Assembly (NCBI GenBank): GCA_021735655.1
Contig: JAIPGM010000001.1
Location: forward strand, 161,728 to 225,727
Source of the DNA: Candidatus Omnitrophota bacterium
Lineage (GTDB): Bacteria; Omnitrophota; Gorgyraeia; Duberdicusellales; 4484-171
DNA length: 64,000 nucleotides
Direction: 5' to 3'
Numbering within the stretch: position 1 is the first letter of the stretch; each line of letters starts with the position of its first letter. Of this stretch, positions 1 to 13,200 are shown one piece after another. Under the pieces are notes generated by a model, which did no database searches, was not told the DNA's origin, and worked only from the letters and a program-made list of their open reading frames with translations. A program made the translations under genes and the position numbers.

Positions 1-1
1 C

Positions 2-1240
2 CGTCTTGATCCAGTACGGGATAAATTACTCTATGACTATCTTTTAAAGCGTTTAATGAGAGAGGGTATGATTGGAGCAGCAGTTGATTTTGAACAAATG
101 ATGCAGGCTAATTCCCTTTCGGTTAATCTTGCCCAAGTTGCGACTAGAAGATTGTTGGCCGATATAGCTATTTATCACACCGAAGAATTTGCTTTAGGAT
201 TACATCTCCAAACTAAAGGCGTGCCAACCTTTATTATGCCTCCGGCAATTAACCCTTTTAGTTATAAAAATATTCCCCTAGCTGATAATTTTATTCGGGC
301 AACTATGGTTAAATATGGTTTAGATCCCAATAAATTTACGGTTGTTGAAATATCACGTTTCGATCCTTTTAAGGGGCCGCTGGAGGCCATTCAGGCTTTT
401 GTGCGTTTATTTTTGGATAATCCGGGATTGCAGAATGATTTACAATTTGTTTATGCCGGAAATATGGCTGACGATAACCCTAAGGGAAAACGCGATTTTG
501 AAAAGATCGATGCCTATTCTCGCTATCTTAGAAAGAAATTTCCTAAACTTAGGAAAGCCTTGTTTTTGCTCGGTCTTGGGAATAAACCCGGGACAGTAGC
601 CTTAAATTGGGCCCAGAGACGCAGCTTGCGTGTTGGTGGTCAGTTTGCTCGGCCATTTTCTCGGAAAGAGATAGGTCGACTCAACGGTGTTGAGATAAAT
701 GCTCTTGAGGTTAATGCTTTACAGCAACAACTTGAGATGGAAAAAAGAGACGGTAGGTTAGTTATTTCTTTACCGCGTAAAATAGCAATACAGCCTTCAT
801 CAAAAGAAGGTTTTGGCTTAGTGGCGGCTGAGGCTACCGGAAAAGGTACTCTGGTTATCGCTTCTTTGATCGGTGGCCTTAAAGCGCAATTAAAGGATTT
901 GCTTGCGCAAGCTTCTTGGTTGGGCATTAACTATACGCCGGAGGAAATTAGTCAATCTTTAGAGGTGTATGACTCAATGGATTCTGATCAGCATAGAGGT
1001 GTTGTTTTCGATGTGGCTTATTTGGAAAGAATTAATTTATATCAACGGCTTAATCAACGAGAATTCGTTTTGGGTTTAGCTACCTCTCTGCGGGTGGCTT
1101 ACGAACTGGCTCATAAAAATCCAGATGTCTATCGAGAGCTCGGTTTAGCTGCACGTTGCCAGACTTTAGATAAGTTTATTACTCTAGCTAATGTTGAGAA
1201 CCGCTTAGCCGCCGCTTCCTTGATTGTTGATAATCAGCAG
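2..1240 (+). other. Polyprotein unit S0: C-terminal half of a GT4 glycosyltransferase, trehalose synthase (TreT)-like
   Basis: EISRFDPFKGPLEAIQAF, NMADDNPKGKRDFEKI and SSKEGFGLVAAEATGKGTLVIASLIGGLKAQL match the remembered TreT/GT4 C-terminal Rossmann motifs (SRFDPWKG; EGFGLxxxEAxxKGxPVI). The N-terminal GT domain is not in the window. Confidence 0.6.
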
Positions 1241-4200
1241 CCCTTGGATAATGGTAAGCCAGAAGTTCCGATGCCTTCTTCTTATTGGATCGATCATAGC
1301 CTTCTTCATGAAATTGATAATGTTTGGGCTAACTTGGATTGGATTAATCCCGGGCCAAGTTTAAGCATAGCTCGCCAGATTGAGAAAAATTTTAAGCCAG
1401 CACAAGAGCCAGGTTTTTTAAGAGTTAGCATAGATGCCTTTGGTCCGCTTAACGGATTTAAAAATCAAGTATTAGCTGAACATGAGCAGTATTTTGATTC
1501 CGAGGTTTATAAAGATTATCGAGCTGGCATAATTCATGCTATTGATAATCTTTGGCAACACGGCGGAAAGTACGGTGCCTTATTTTTGATGGCTCAGCTT
1601 AGAGGACGAACCGTACGCTTTACTTATTGTTTGCTAGATCGCGGTGATGGTTTTATTAATGACGATTACAACCATGTTCGTTTAGAAGAAGCCGTTCAGG
1701 CACATAGAACATTTAAACGAGCCGGCAAGAATGGTATGGGCCTTTATTATATGGCGATAAAGCCGGATTATTTTTCAATCACCGCGGTTAATTGCTACCG
1801 GGCTGTTGCCACAACTCAAGCTCACTATTGGGAAACTGGCTACACTAAAGAATGGCCGTTTTGCCCGCAACAAACTCCGGTTAACAAGGGGGTGCGGGTG
1901 ATTTCGGTAAAGGATGTAGCTTTAGGCCTTTTGCCATTTTCGAATATGCAGCCGTTAGATAATGGCCGTCGAACTGATGAAGAACGCCTGGATTTTATCG
2001 GATTTTTAGTTGAGTCATATTTAGAGGCTTTATTTACTTTCCGGAGGTTAAGAGCAAATAACAGCGAAGTAGCCGAGATGTATCTGCCAGCAATTTCCGA
2101 AACTGCCGTTAGAAAGAAACGAGCCAAATGGGTAGTTACAGCTGTTGAGGTTGCCCGTGAGGCATTTCAGGTTATGGCTCGAGCTGATTTTCGACATTCA
2201 TCCGGCTTAACCATTCGTTCAATCTTTGATTCAATTTTGGCTTCTGGCGGTCGCAACCAAGCAGCTAATGATCTAGGAGTCGATCGCGCTAGCCTTACTC
2301 GCTGGATGCATAGCTTACCTAATGATTTATTAGGTGGGTTAGATCCAGAATTAGCAGTCTTCAAACAAAGAATCCTTGATTTATTTGATGAAAACAATAC
2401 TCGACCCCTAGACAACGGTAAAGAAAATATAGATTTATTAGCGGTTACAGCAGTTAAAAGAGAGGACACCTCACCGTGGCTGGCGGGCCCTCTCTCTGCT
2501 GTAGCCCCTATATATATAGGTAAACAGCAGGGGCCGCTAGATAACGGCCGAGCGCCTTTGGATAATGGCCAGCCAGCTAACTTTTGGAAAGTTTTGCATT
2601 CTGGTATATACGTACTTCCGATATATTACACTCGACTTTTCGATACAGCTAAAGACGCAGGAATTGGAAAATATACTTATGTAGTGCCGTTTGTTCGTGA
2701 TCATGTATTGTCTTTAGGCCATCAAGCGATACTTTTCTTACCGTTTTCTTTGCAGTTACCTTGGTCGCAATCTCCTTATGATGCGGCTGATTGGCGTTAT
2801 TTTAATACTGATTATATTGATTGGGGGCTTATCCCTGAGGCTCAACCTTTTCTAGGTAAGTTCGATTATTACGGTCATTCACAGCGTAGCGTTGATTTTC
2901 GATCAATCCGGCCACGTGAATTATTAATCGGAAAGGCCGCCTTTCTTAATCTCAGAGACAATCGAGAAAAACAATACCGCCAGCGCTGGGAAGATTTTCA
3001 AAGGTTTGTTAACAATCAGCGAAGTAGAGGGCCGGAGTGGGATTTAACCCATCTTGGTCATTACCGGGCCTTCAATGATGTCTTGGGTAATGATTTTGGT
3101 TTATGGGTTCATGAAGGGATGTATTGCCCTAGGCAGGATACCCATCCAGATGTTATCAAGTACAACGTTGCTGAGCAAAATAAAAATATGCAATATTCAG
3201 ATTTAATTCAGTTCTATCAATACCAGCAATGGATTGCTTTCGGCCAGGCTCGCGATATGCTTGAAGGTTTGCGCAATATTGGTGTCTTTTATCTTTTAGA
3301 TAATCCTTTCTTTCATGCTAAGGGTGGTATTAATTTTTGGACCCAAAACATCATTTCAAGAGATAGGCATTATGAATTTTTTGATCGTTCACCCGGTGTA
3401 CCCGGAATCGGTAGTGACCCTGAACAATTCTGGACATCTTTGGTTCCTTGGAATTGGCCTAGATTAAGAGAGTTGGACTATGAACCTTTCTTAAACCCTT
3501 ATCATTATTATTTAGGTGATTTGGGCGCTCAGGGAGTTCGGGCTGATGCTATTCATTTTCTTTTTCCTTGGATTCATTGGGAACGCGGTCCTTATGCTGC
3601 TAATTTTCAGAGTTGGGAGTCCCCGGGTCATGATTTACTTTGGAGATTAGACAACGTTTTTAATTCTTATGGAGCTTTCAGGCTTGGCGAGTTACTTGGC
3701 CCGGGTTTTGAAAGTATTCAGAGAATGGGCTTTGATAATTATCACTGGCATTTCTATCGGATGTGGAAATGGGGTGGCGGACCTGATTTAAATCCGGGTT
3801 GGAACGCAAAAGCTTTAGAGTTACATGATGGGCCGCGGGTTTGTGTTGACCATGAACACGGGTTCTATCCTTATGCCGGACACGCTTATTTACGGCATCG
3901 TTTGGAGGGCCCGGGCGGTCTAAAAGAATTAAATAGTCGTTTCCTTTTAGGCAGTTCGGATATAGCTATGGTTTATGCCGGAGATGAAGTAGCCGACAAC
4001 TGGTGGATAAATAACCCTAATCTGCCTGAGTGGATGATGGATCGTAATTGGGCCACTCGAATGCCAATGCAGGGCGATCAGGATTTTGATCTTTCAGTAG
4101 CCTTGTCCATGCTTGAGCATCGCCGTTGGATTGGCCAGCGTCTAATTGAGCGGACGCCTTTGGATAATGGTAAGCAAGAGTTTAATCATCTTAGCTTGGT

Positions 4201-7200
4201 TGAATCTAACGGTGAACAAAAGTTATACTCAGCCAGTAGTTTAGTAATATCTCAAAGGGGAGTCTATTTAAGCCCGACATCAACCGGGCCGAAAGAGGTA
4301 ATTTCTCAGATTCAACTTAGCCCAAGCGGAATTAAAGTTTCCGGGGAGTTAACTAGCCAGGAGCCAAAATCCCGGCCAATAGATTATCGTCACTCTTATG
4401 AAATTAACTTTTATTTTGAAAAATTAGCTAAAGCCTATGGCCGCGGTTTGTTTGTCGGTATCAATGACGTACAGCTTTGGATTCGTCTTAGCCAGGCTTT
4501 GGGTGATTTTTTATGGGGCGTTTTGCGTCTTGAAACAGGGATTTTTGATATTCCCGATAGAAAATTACGACGCCTGGTGATTCAGGAAGCGCTTTATCAT
4601 GAGGTGATGACTAGTGCCTTGGGGCTTTCAGTGGCTAATCGCGGCTTGCGTGAGTTTTTTGCAACCATTTTAAGTGTCAGCCATTTTTGCTATCTTAGCG
4701 AGATAGCTAAAGATCAGGATAAGCTTAATTATCGTTTAGGGATTCTGCAAGCTCTTGATCGGGGTTTAATCCAGATGAGTGATTCACTGGCTGGGCTATA
4801 CCGTCAAATTGCCGAGTCTGGCAGTTTACCTGATCCAGCAACCTTGGTAAAAGCAGTTATAACCCATATTAATGAAGAAGAACGATACCATAGTGACCGG
4901 CGTTCATTTAGGGATTATGTTCGAACTAAGTCCGAGAATTTTAGCGGACGCTTTACAGTCGGAAATCTTACCCAGGCGGTATTAAATGATTCAGCTTTAC
5001 AGTTAGAGTTACAGGCAGAGTGGACAAATTTCTTGGGATTTTTAGCTAATTCACAAACCGTAGCCCGTGCCTGGCAGCCGAAAATTAAATTTATAAGAGG
5101 TCCGCGGGGCATAAAGGTTATTAATCCCCAAGGCGTACCGGATCAAGGCGGCTATCAATTCCAGCTGCAAAGTTTCCGGGCAATTTTTGACTGTTTGGGT
5201 TTGCCTAATCCGCTTAGTGAGCCAGCTGCCCTAAATAGATATTTAGGTTTTCTGCCTGAGCCTCCTGAGTATGACTCCCAAGCCGTAAATTTACCGGAGT
5301 TAAACATCAGTCAAATTTTACCCGGAGTAGCTGTTGTTTATCCGGATAGTTTGGAAGCTAATCAATTAGCGGTAAGGCGAGCTTTGTATGAATTGATGAA
5401 TTTTCGGGTTTGGAAGTTAGCCGTTGAAATACGTGGCGCCTTAGGTACAGAAGATGCTTTGTTTTTTGATCAGCATTGTCAGGTACATTCCTTTGTTGAT
5501 GTAGCCCAAGGGTGGATGTTAGATTTAAATCCCCAAAGCCCGATAGTCTATGATGATGTTTTACCCGGCGGCCAAGCTTACGAAGCGCCGGAGCAGCCGG
5601 ATTTAGCCGAACATGAGCGATTGCATCAAAAGGCTCAGGCAGTTTTTTCAAAAGTTTGGGCAATCACTATGAACAGGTTCTTGCGGGATCAGCGGATGTT
5701 TGGCGGTGAAGCCGTGGGTTTAGTTGGCTTTACTACAACCGTACCAATATTATATCGTTACATACAGCAATGTAAGCATTCTGAGCCGGAATACTCACTA
5801 CAGCGACCTTTGAATAATGGCCTAGGCATACTTCAATATTTACAATCTTTACGTCGTAGCCAGGAAACCGAGGCTGCTAGAAGGGTTAGTCTAGACCAAG
5901 GCTTTGGGCAATTAAAAAGTTTATTAGTTGAAAAATTACAGTCGATTGATTCAACCACTTTAAGCATTGCAAATCTTGATCAGGCTTTGAATGAAGATAG
6001 CCAGGCGATATTTTTAACCTTAGAGCAATTAAGAGAGGCACGCTTTCAGGCTGAGAGCTTTCGTAATGGGCAGGTAAGTATGTGTGATCTTGCTAGCCTA
6101 GCTTTGGCCGCTGCCAGCGAAGAAGTTTTTGGCCAGAGACACTTAGTTAAAATAGTTGTTGGCTATTATCGGGTTGATGAGCAGCTATATAAAAAACATT
6201 ATTGGGTTGTGATTGATGAAACATTGTTGATTGATATAACTTATGGTCAGTTTGATCCGGACCATCTCAATCGTATTTTAGTTGCTACAGTAGATGATTA
6301 CTTGAGATTAAAATTAGAATATGGTACAGAGTTAGAGCCGCTTGATAATGGAAAACAAACTCAAGTTCAGCCTACTTGTTTAGAGGCTAGGTGGTGGAAT
6401 AATTATTATCCCGGGGTTATCGAAGGAACTGGAATAAGGCCGACTGCCCGCTCACTTAGCTTTGAGCAGATCGAAGAAGTGGTTTGTCTATTACTTCTCG
6501 ATCAAGCCGGCCAGGAATTGGTAGCTAAAATAATAAATAGAGAACTGCCCGATGTATATCCTTCGGTTCGAAGAACCGCTCTTAAAGCTATGGTCAGGTT
6601 CGATCATTACGAACTTTTTGGCCCGAAGATAATTACTTGTTTGCAGGATGTAGTCAGAGATGGAGCTGAGATGTATCAGCCTTTTGCTCTTTATGCTTTG
6701 GCTCAGACCCCGGCTTTTAATGGCCCGGTTGCCAATAGATTTGCCGAGGAAGCACTTAAGGGGACCCTTAAACCAAGCCCAAGAAAGCCTACCGCAGCCG
6801 AAAAAACTGCCTTACAGGAAGGGTTAGAGCCAAATACTCAAGCGATTAGATTTAAATCCCGGCTTGCTTCAGTTGAATATTTAAAAGGAGTTTTAGCTCA
6901 ACGTCAAGGTTGGGCTCGGGTTTGCCTCGGAACAGTACCACATTTTAGTCGGGTTAGCAATCGCGCTTTAATCAATAAATTTGCTGCTCAGGTATTAGCA
7001 GCTGATAAAAAGCTTTCTTCTAGTTCAGCTCAGCGACGCCAGAAAGATAAGTCAGAATTTTGGGGTCTTGAGCAAGCTGAGTTTATTCATCCAGCTACTG
7101 GCCATGAAGCTTTGGTTGAGCTGGCCAATGATCCGGAGTTATCATCTAGTGATGAAAGTCCTTTGGTTGATCAAATACTACATCAGATGGAGGAATTAGG

Positions 7201-10200
7201 TTATGTGCCGATATTGCGACCCAGTAAATTTCAGCTTACTGAGCCAGCTCAAGGTCAGGAAGCTGAAATTGATCGCGAGGCGCTTTGGACCAAGGATGCT
7301 GTTTTGATGATTTCTACTAAATTCGGAATAGTTCCGGTTTCTTCAGCATTAGCCAATCTTAAGGGCGGTGAGTTCGTCAGTGGCTATGGTAAGCGCGGCA
7401 GCTTTATGATTATTCCGGCAGCCGCTCTAAATTCAAAACAGCAGCTATCTGATATAATTCCCGAGGTTCCGATTCATGTATTTCCTTCGGGATTTTTGGT
7501 GATCAATGATCAGGGCGTAATTCGTTTAAGAGGAACCTCGCATATTGACACTTCTTTAGGAGCAATTCCGATTATGGCCCGGCCAGAATCAGGCCAGTTG
7601 ATGTTAATCGATCCTTTGTTGCATCAGGTTGCCCGTACACACCCTCGCTATCGCGATCACTATCAATCAGTAGTTCAAGAAGATGGAGTGCGTTTTATTG
7701 ATGTGCCCGAGCCTGAACGTCATTTAAATCCTGCTAATTTTGGTATTCTTCCCGGTGGAGAAATATTTATGCCTTATGCGCCGCGGACTAAACAAGTTTT
7801 AATTGAGGCTGGGGTTAATGAGCAGTATATAATAATGTTACCAAGTGAATTTAATAAGTATTTACCAACCCTTCATGTTTTGGCGGGGAGTATTGGCTGT
7901 TTAGTGGCCCAAGCTTTTCATCCGGTTGAGAAGCGAGAGCCGCTCGACAATGGCCATGAAAAAGAAAAACGGCAAACTAGATCCCGAGCAATAGATATAT
8001 CAACCAAAGGTGCTGAAGATTTATTGTTTACTGAGCTTCAAACAGGGAGTTTAGTTAGTTTAGTGGTTGATGGCCTTGAGTATTGGCTTAGCCTTGACCA
8101 GGGCGATGAAGTTTGGTTTGATTTATATCGGCCTAAAGATGATATCATTGGCTATATTTATTTTCGAAATGACGCAATGCCAGCCAGAAAAATAGCCAAT
8201 TTTGGCGGCCCGAGCATTGTTCCGGCTTACCGGGGCAGGCATTTGTCGCGAGTTCTTTATTTTGTTTATTTTCGTTATCTTTGGCGCAATAATTATATCC
8301 CTGAAGAAGACTGTTTGACTATCGATGATCGATTGGCCCTAAAGCTTTATCATGAAGCTAAAAAGTTTTATTACGATCAAGACCATACCTTTACTCCGTT
8401 TCAGATTATTCCCCGAGCCGAAAAGACTAAAGCTGCAAAACCTTTAGATAATGGCCACGATATGGTTCAAAAACAATTATTTGAGTTAATTAAGCGTAAG
8501 TCAGATTCGATTAAAACTTTCTTAGAGCCGTTTGAAGCTTGCCTTGCTTACAATGGAGTGTTAGCTTTGCTGATTCGAGGAAGGCCTGACTTGAGCGTTA
8601 AATTTTTGCTTAAGAAGATTGGCTCGGCTGAGCATTGGTTTTTACTGGCTGAAACTGTTTTAGGAAATCATCAGTTTGTGGTTGATATTTCGCCGCAAGG
8701 AAAGATGTTTACCGATATTGAGGTGCTGGTTGTAGATTGTGCTGAAGCCGGAAAAATAAATTATCTATATGAAGATTATACTGTAGTTAGCGATCAAGAA
8801 ACCGAAAACTTATTGCGAGCCTTAGCAAGACAAAAAGGGATGAATGAGTTCTTGCATTTAGTTCATCAATTACCAGAAGAAAAATGGATAGGTAGGTTAC
8901 CGGATAGTGACCAGTCGATGCCACTTGATAATGGTAAATTAATCAATGAAGGTTCAGAAAGTTCTTTTTCCGATATAACTAATTCGATGCGGGTGACTTT
9001 TGTTATGCCGATGTACAATGAACAGCAACGCTTACTTCCCAAGACTTCTGATAATCCCTATGGTGAAGATGCTTTAAGGGTTAAAGTAAGTCAATTTAGA
9101 GAACTCGAGCAAGAAAATCCTAATTTCCAGTGGCGGCTAATTGCCGTAGATGACGGAACTCCCGGGTTTGCTTCAGCCAAATGCCTTGAGCAGATTTTGG
9201 CTGAGATTGATGCCCAGAATCGGGAATTTAATATCTATTCTAAAGTTTTCGTAGTGGTGATAACTGAACAAGAAAAGAAACTCCTAGGCAGCCGAAAGGG
9301 TGGAGCGGTTTTGCGTGGCTTTCAAGAGGCCCTAAGCCACGGTTGGGCTGATTATATCGGGATTACTGATACTGATATTTCCAGTAATGTTAACCAAACT
9401 AAAGATTTGATTTTGGCTCTTCGCAAAGGTGCTGGAGTAGCCATTGGTTCACGCCGCCAAAGCGGGGCCGAAGCTCGCGGCATACCGCTTTTAGGGAGAG
9501 TTAGCACAGTTATTTATAATTGGTGCATTCGTTTGATTTTGTGGCCGCTTTTTTCAATTCGTGATACCCAGCGCGGTTTTAAACTTTTTCAAAAAGAAGT
9601 AATTGTCAGAATATTACCCTATGCTCGCGATCACCATCTTTCTTTTGATACTGAACTGTTACTTTTGTCGCGTTTAGCCGGATACCAAATAGCTGAGGTG
9701 CCGATTGTCTGGATTGATTCAGCTGAGGCAACTACTTTGGTTATGTCTAAAGATGCTCCAGCGATGCTCTGGCGAGTGATTAAACAAGCCCGCCATATTT
9801 TTAATAATCCTTTTCGCGGCCAAAAGCCGCTCGATAACGGCCGAAAAATAAATCTATCAGTTAGAATGCTCAGAAAAGCTAGATTAATTACTGTTCATGT
9901 TGATGCTGGAGATTGTCCAGCCGCCTTAGCTAGCGCGATTGATAAATTAGTTTCGGGTTTAGGGCAAATCCAAGTAAGCCGTAGTAATATTGTCTTAAAC
10001 ACCGCCCATCAGAATAGCCCTATGGATATTGTTTCGTCGGTAGGCTCTCTCTCAACTGAACAGATAACAACTTTATTTCCTGAAGCTGTTTTTCTGATTG
10101 CTGGCGGCAATGTGTTTAAATGCTTAAGAAATCTAGTTGAGTCATTGGCTGTCGGCTCAGTGAACAAGCGAACTGTTAGGATTTTTGTTCTTTACGATTA

Positions 10201-13200
10201 TACCTATGGCCAAGGCTCTAATTATAGCCCTGAGCAATTAGCCGGTGAATATTATGATTATTTTAGCGATATGCTTTCAGTCTATAGTGATAGGTTTAAT
10301 CTAGCTGTATTTTATCTTGCTCAGAATCAATTCGAGCAGGAAATTTACGGTAAAAATTTATCCGGGCCCAATTTATCTTTAGCAATTATTGAAAAAGAAG
10401 CTTTAGCTAGTCAAGTACCTTTAGATAATGGGCGTAGTCTTGGGGAGTTAACTGCCGAAGGCTACAACTTAAAGTTTCTAGCCCGCAGTTCTGATTTAAG
10501 AATGACTGCCCATTGCCGAAGAGATGTAAGTTTTAATAGTTATCTTTATGATTATCGCCTGGATCCAGAGCATACTTATCGTCAAGCCCAATTAGTTCCT
10601 TTAGTTGCTCGATCGGTTAAGGAAAATGCTTTTAGAAAGTCTTCTGATTGGCAATACTTGCCGCAGCATTTGAAAGATTTATACGATTCCGGTAAAGTTT
10701 TGATGATTGCTTCCCGAGCCCAAGCTAAAGCTAAGCCTAGCCGGTATTCAGCCTTAGTAATTTCTGGCAGGACTGAGGCTTTTAGCGGCCGGATGGGTAT
10801 TTTACTCTATGACAATCGGCCGATCATTGTTTCAATTTTAGATAAGCCTTTTTTCATTGAAGCTAAAGGAATCGGGGTTGCTCAAGGAGGTTTTAGCTCA
10901 GTGCATCGGCGCTCGGGCCATAGATATGAAGTTACCGGGGCTCAGCGTTGGCAAGCTTCCTTAAAAGAATTTACCAGTTTAGAGCTTGAGCGAAAAATCA
11001 GCCGATTTTTTGGAACAGCTGATACCCCACGCGCCTTAGCGGCGATAGTCTATAAATATCCTCAAATGGATCAGTTAATTAGTGATAGCCTAACTAGCCA
11101 GGCTGAGCGAAGAGAAGCTAAAGAGCAGTTAGGCGATAGTTTAGGGATAATGTTGCGGCTTTCGCCTTCGAGCCGCCGCTTTGCTTATAATTTAGAACAG
11201 CGTCACATTAGAATGCTTGGTGAAGCTTCAGCCCGCCTGCTTTGTTCTTATCTTCCCCGAGTGCATACTTCGCCGCATTTTGAAAATCTTCTGGAGTGGG
11301 CCGAAGGCAGTGAATTCTCTTGGTCAGACTATGGAGATATTGAAGTGTTATTTGCTCAAAGTAGTTATCACTGGTCAAGGTCACTGATTAATGCCCGTCG
11401 GATATTAATGTCTTATTTGGAAACTAGTATTAGCTGGAATGTAAATTTATTAAAAAAACTGGGAATAATCGAAACCGAAGCAGAATTTATCAGCGAATAC
11501 CTAGCTGGCTTTGTTGCTTATGCTGAAACTTTAGACTGGATAACTCCTGAGGCAATCGAACGTTTAGCCCGAGTCCGCTCGCCTAAGGAGTTTGTTGACG
11601 TAATGATTTTTGAAGTATTCGCTTTAAATGCTTACAACGTGTTTAAAAAACAAACTTATGAAACTATAGTTGAAGTTAATCAGAATAATTTAGTAGAAGA
11701 ACTTTTAAGCTCGGCTTTAACTATTGCCCAGCGGCAAGAGAAAGCTCAACTTGTTGCTGAGTTAAGTGGACATATTGAAGCAGCTAAACAAGGAGAGGCT
11801 TTTTTAGGTTGTCGAATAAAAAAATCTCAAGCTAATCAAGGGGTGCTTACGCCGGTAGCTCAGCCGGTTAAAAATAGTTCTTGGGCTAATCCCTTTTTTG
11901 ATCAATTCGCTTATGATTTATGGCATGCGCTACTTTTTGATGATCATAACCTTTATGATTATGTTCAGGCTAAATGGGATTATACTGTTGGTGAAGAAGG
12001 GGCTTTTAACGTGGCCGGATTTTATCTGCTTGATGCTCATTATCTTGGGTTGTTGCGTTCGCGCACCAGCATGCATAATATACCGGAAAAATTATATATG
12101 TGTTCAGCTGGATATGAAATGACTGCTAATATCAACAAATTATTGACTGCGATTAATCGAGTTAGTTTGTGCCCTCAGGAAAATACCTTGGTGCGTTCAA
12201 CCGTACGTAACACCTTACAACATGCGATTTCCCAGCGCCTAAGTAAGTGGCGCCTGGCTCGGGCTTTAATATTAGTCGTTGAATCTAACGGCGAAGTTCT
12301 TGCCGGAGACGACAGCACTTATGTTTATATTATGGATTCTGGTCCGGGCATGCCGATTGATGCGGTAATGCAAGGCGATTGGCGAAGACATAGTACGATG
12401 TTTGGTACGGATTTAAAAGGTTTTCGTGAATATAGGGACGTTGAATGGATTCTTGATTCTTGGTCAAGCAAAGCCGGCGGACCGCAACGTTGGGATGGTC
12501 TAAGAGGGGGGCTGGTTGAGGGAGCTTTAGTACCGGACAACATGCCTTTATTTGGTACTTTATTCGGTATGCGGCTTAAGCATGGCTTAGAATCGAGTAG
12601 CAAACCTTTAGACAACGGTAGAGATTCTCGGTCAAAAGGACAAAATCTTGGTAGTTTAGGAACGGCTAATAAGGCCCCTCCGGTAAAAACTTACAATGTC
12701 GAGAGTCCTTTTAATCGGTTTTCGCTGCGCCTTTTAGATTTAATTCTAACCTTATCTTTCTTGCCTCTGATTATTCTAGCTAGCCTACCCATAGCTATAT
12801 TTGTTAAATATCAGATTTTTAAACACAAGACTGGACAGTCAGTTATTTTTAAAGAGCAGAGATTCGGCTATAAGGGTAAACCGTTTATCATGTATAAATT
12901 TCGTACTTATATCGGCGATAAAGATAATCCTAAGGCAGTTTTACTGAGCTTGCGTTGTTTGGGGCTAGATGAGTTACCGCAGTGGTGGAATATCTTAAAG
13001 GGCGATCTTTCAATTTGGGGAGTGCGCCCTAAGTTACAAGATGATCCCAGCTCTGACAGTGATTTCCAAGCACACCTGGATCAGATCAATGATTTACGCA
13101 AGCCGGGAATAATTAGTTTAGCTACGGCTGATGTGCACGCTGAGATGGAGCATGTTTCTTTTTCAGCCGAGCATCGCGATCGTCAGATCGCCTTTGATCT

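Noticed and set aside
1955-1966. Off-frame reading of the junction DNA as a relic stop-start overlap. For example, TTAGATAATGG contains T-TAG-ATA-ATG-G and CTTGATAATGG contains CT-TGA-TAA-TGG.
   Set aside because: This is not consistent across sites. Synonymous variants such as CTCGACAATGG (7943-7953) and CTAGACAACGG (2408-2418) lack the off-frame ATG and/or the stops. The invariant feature is the peptide PLDNG, not any nucleotide string.
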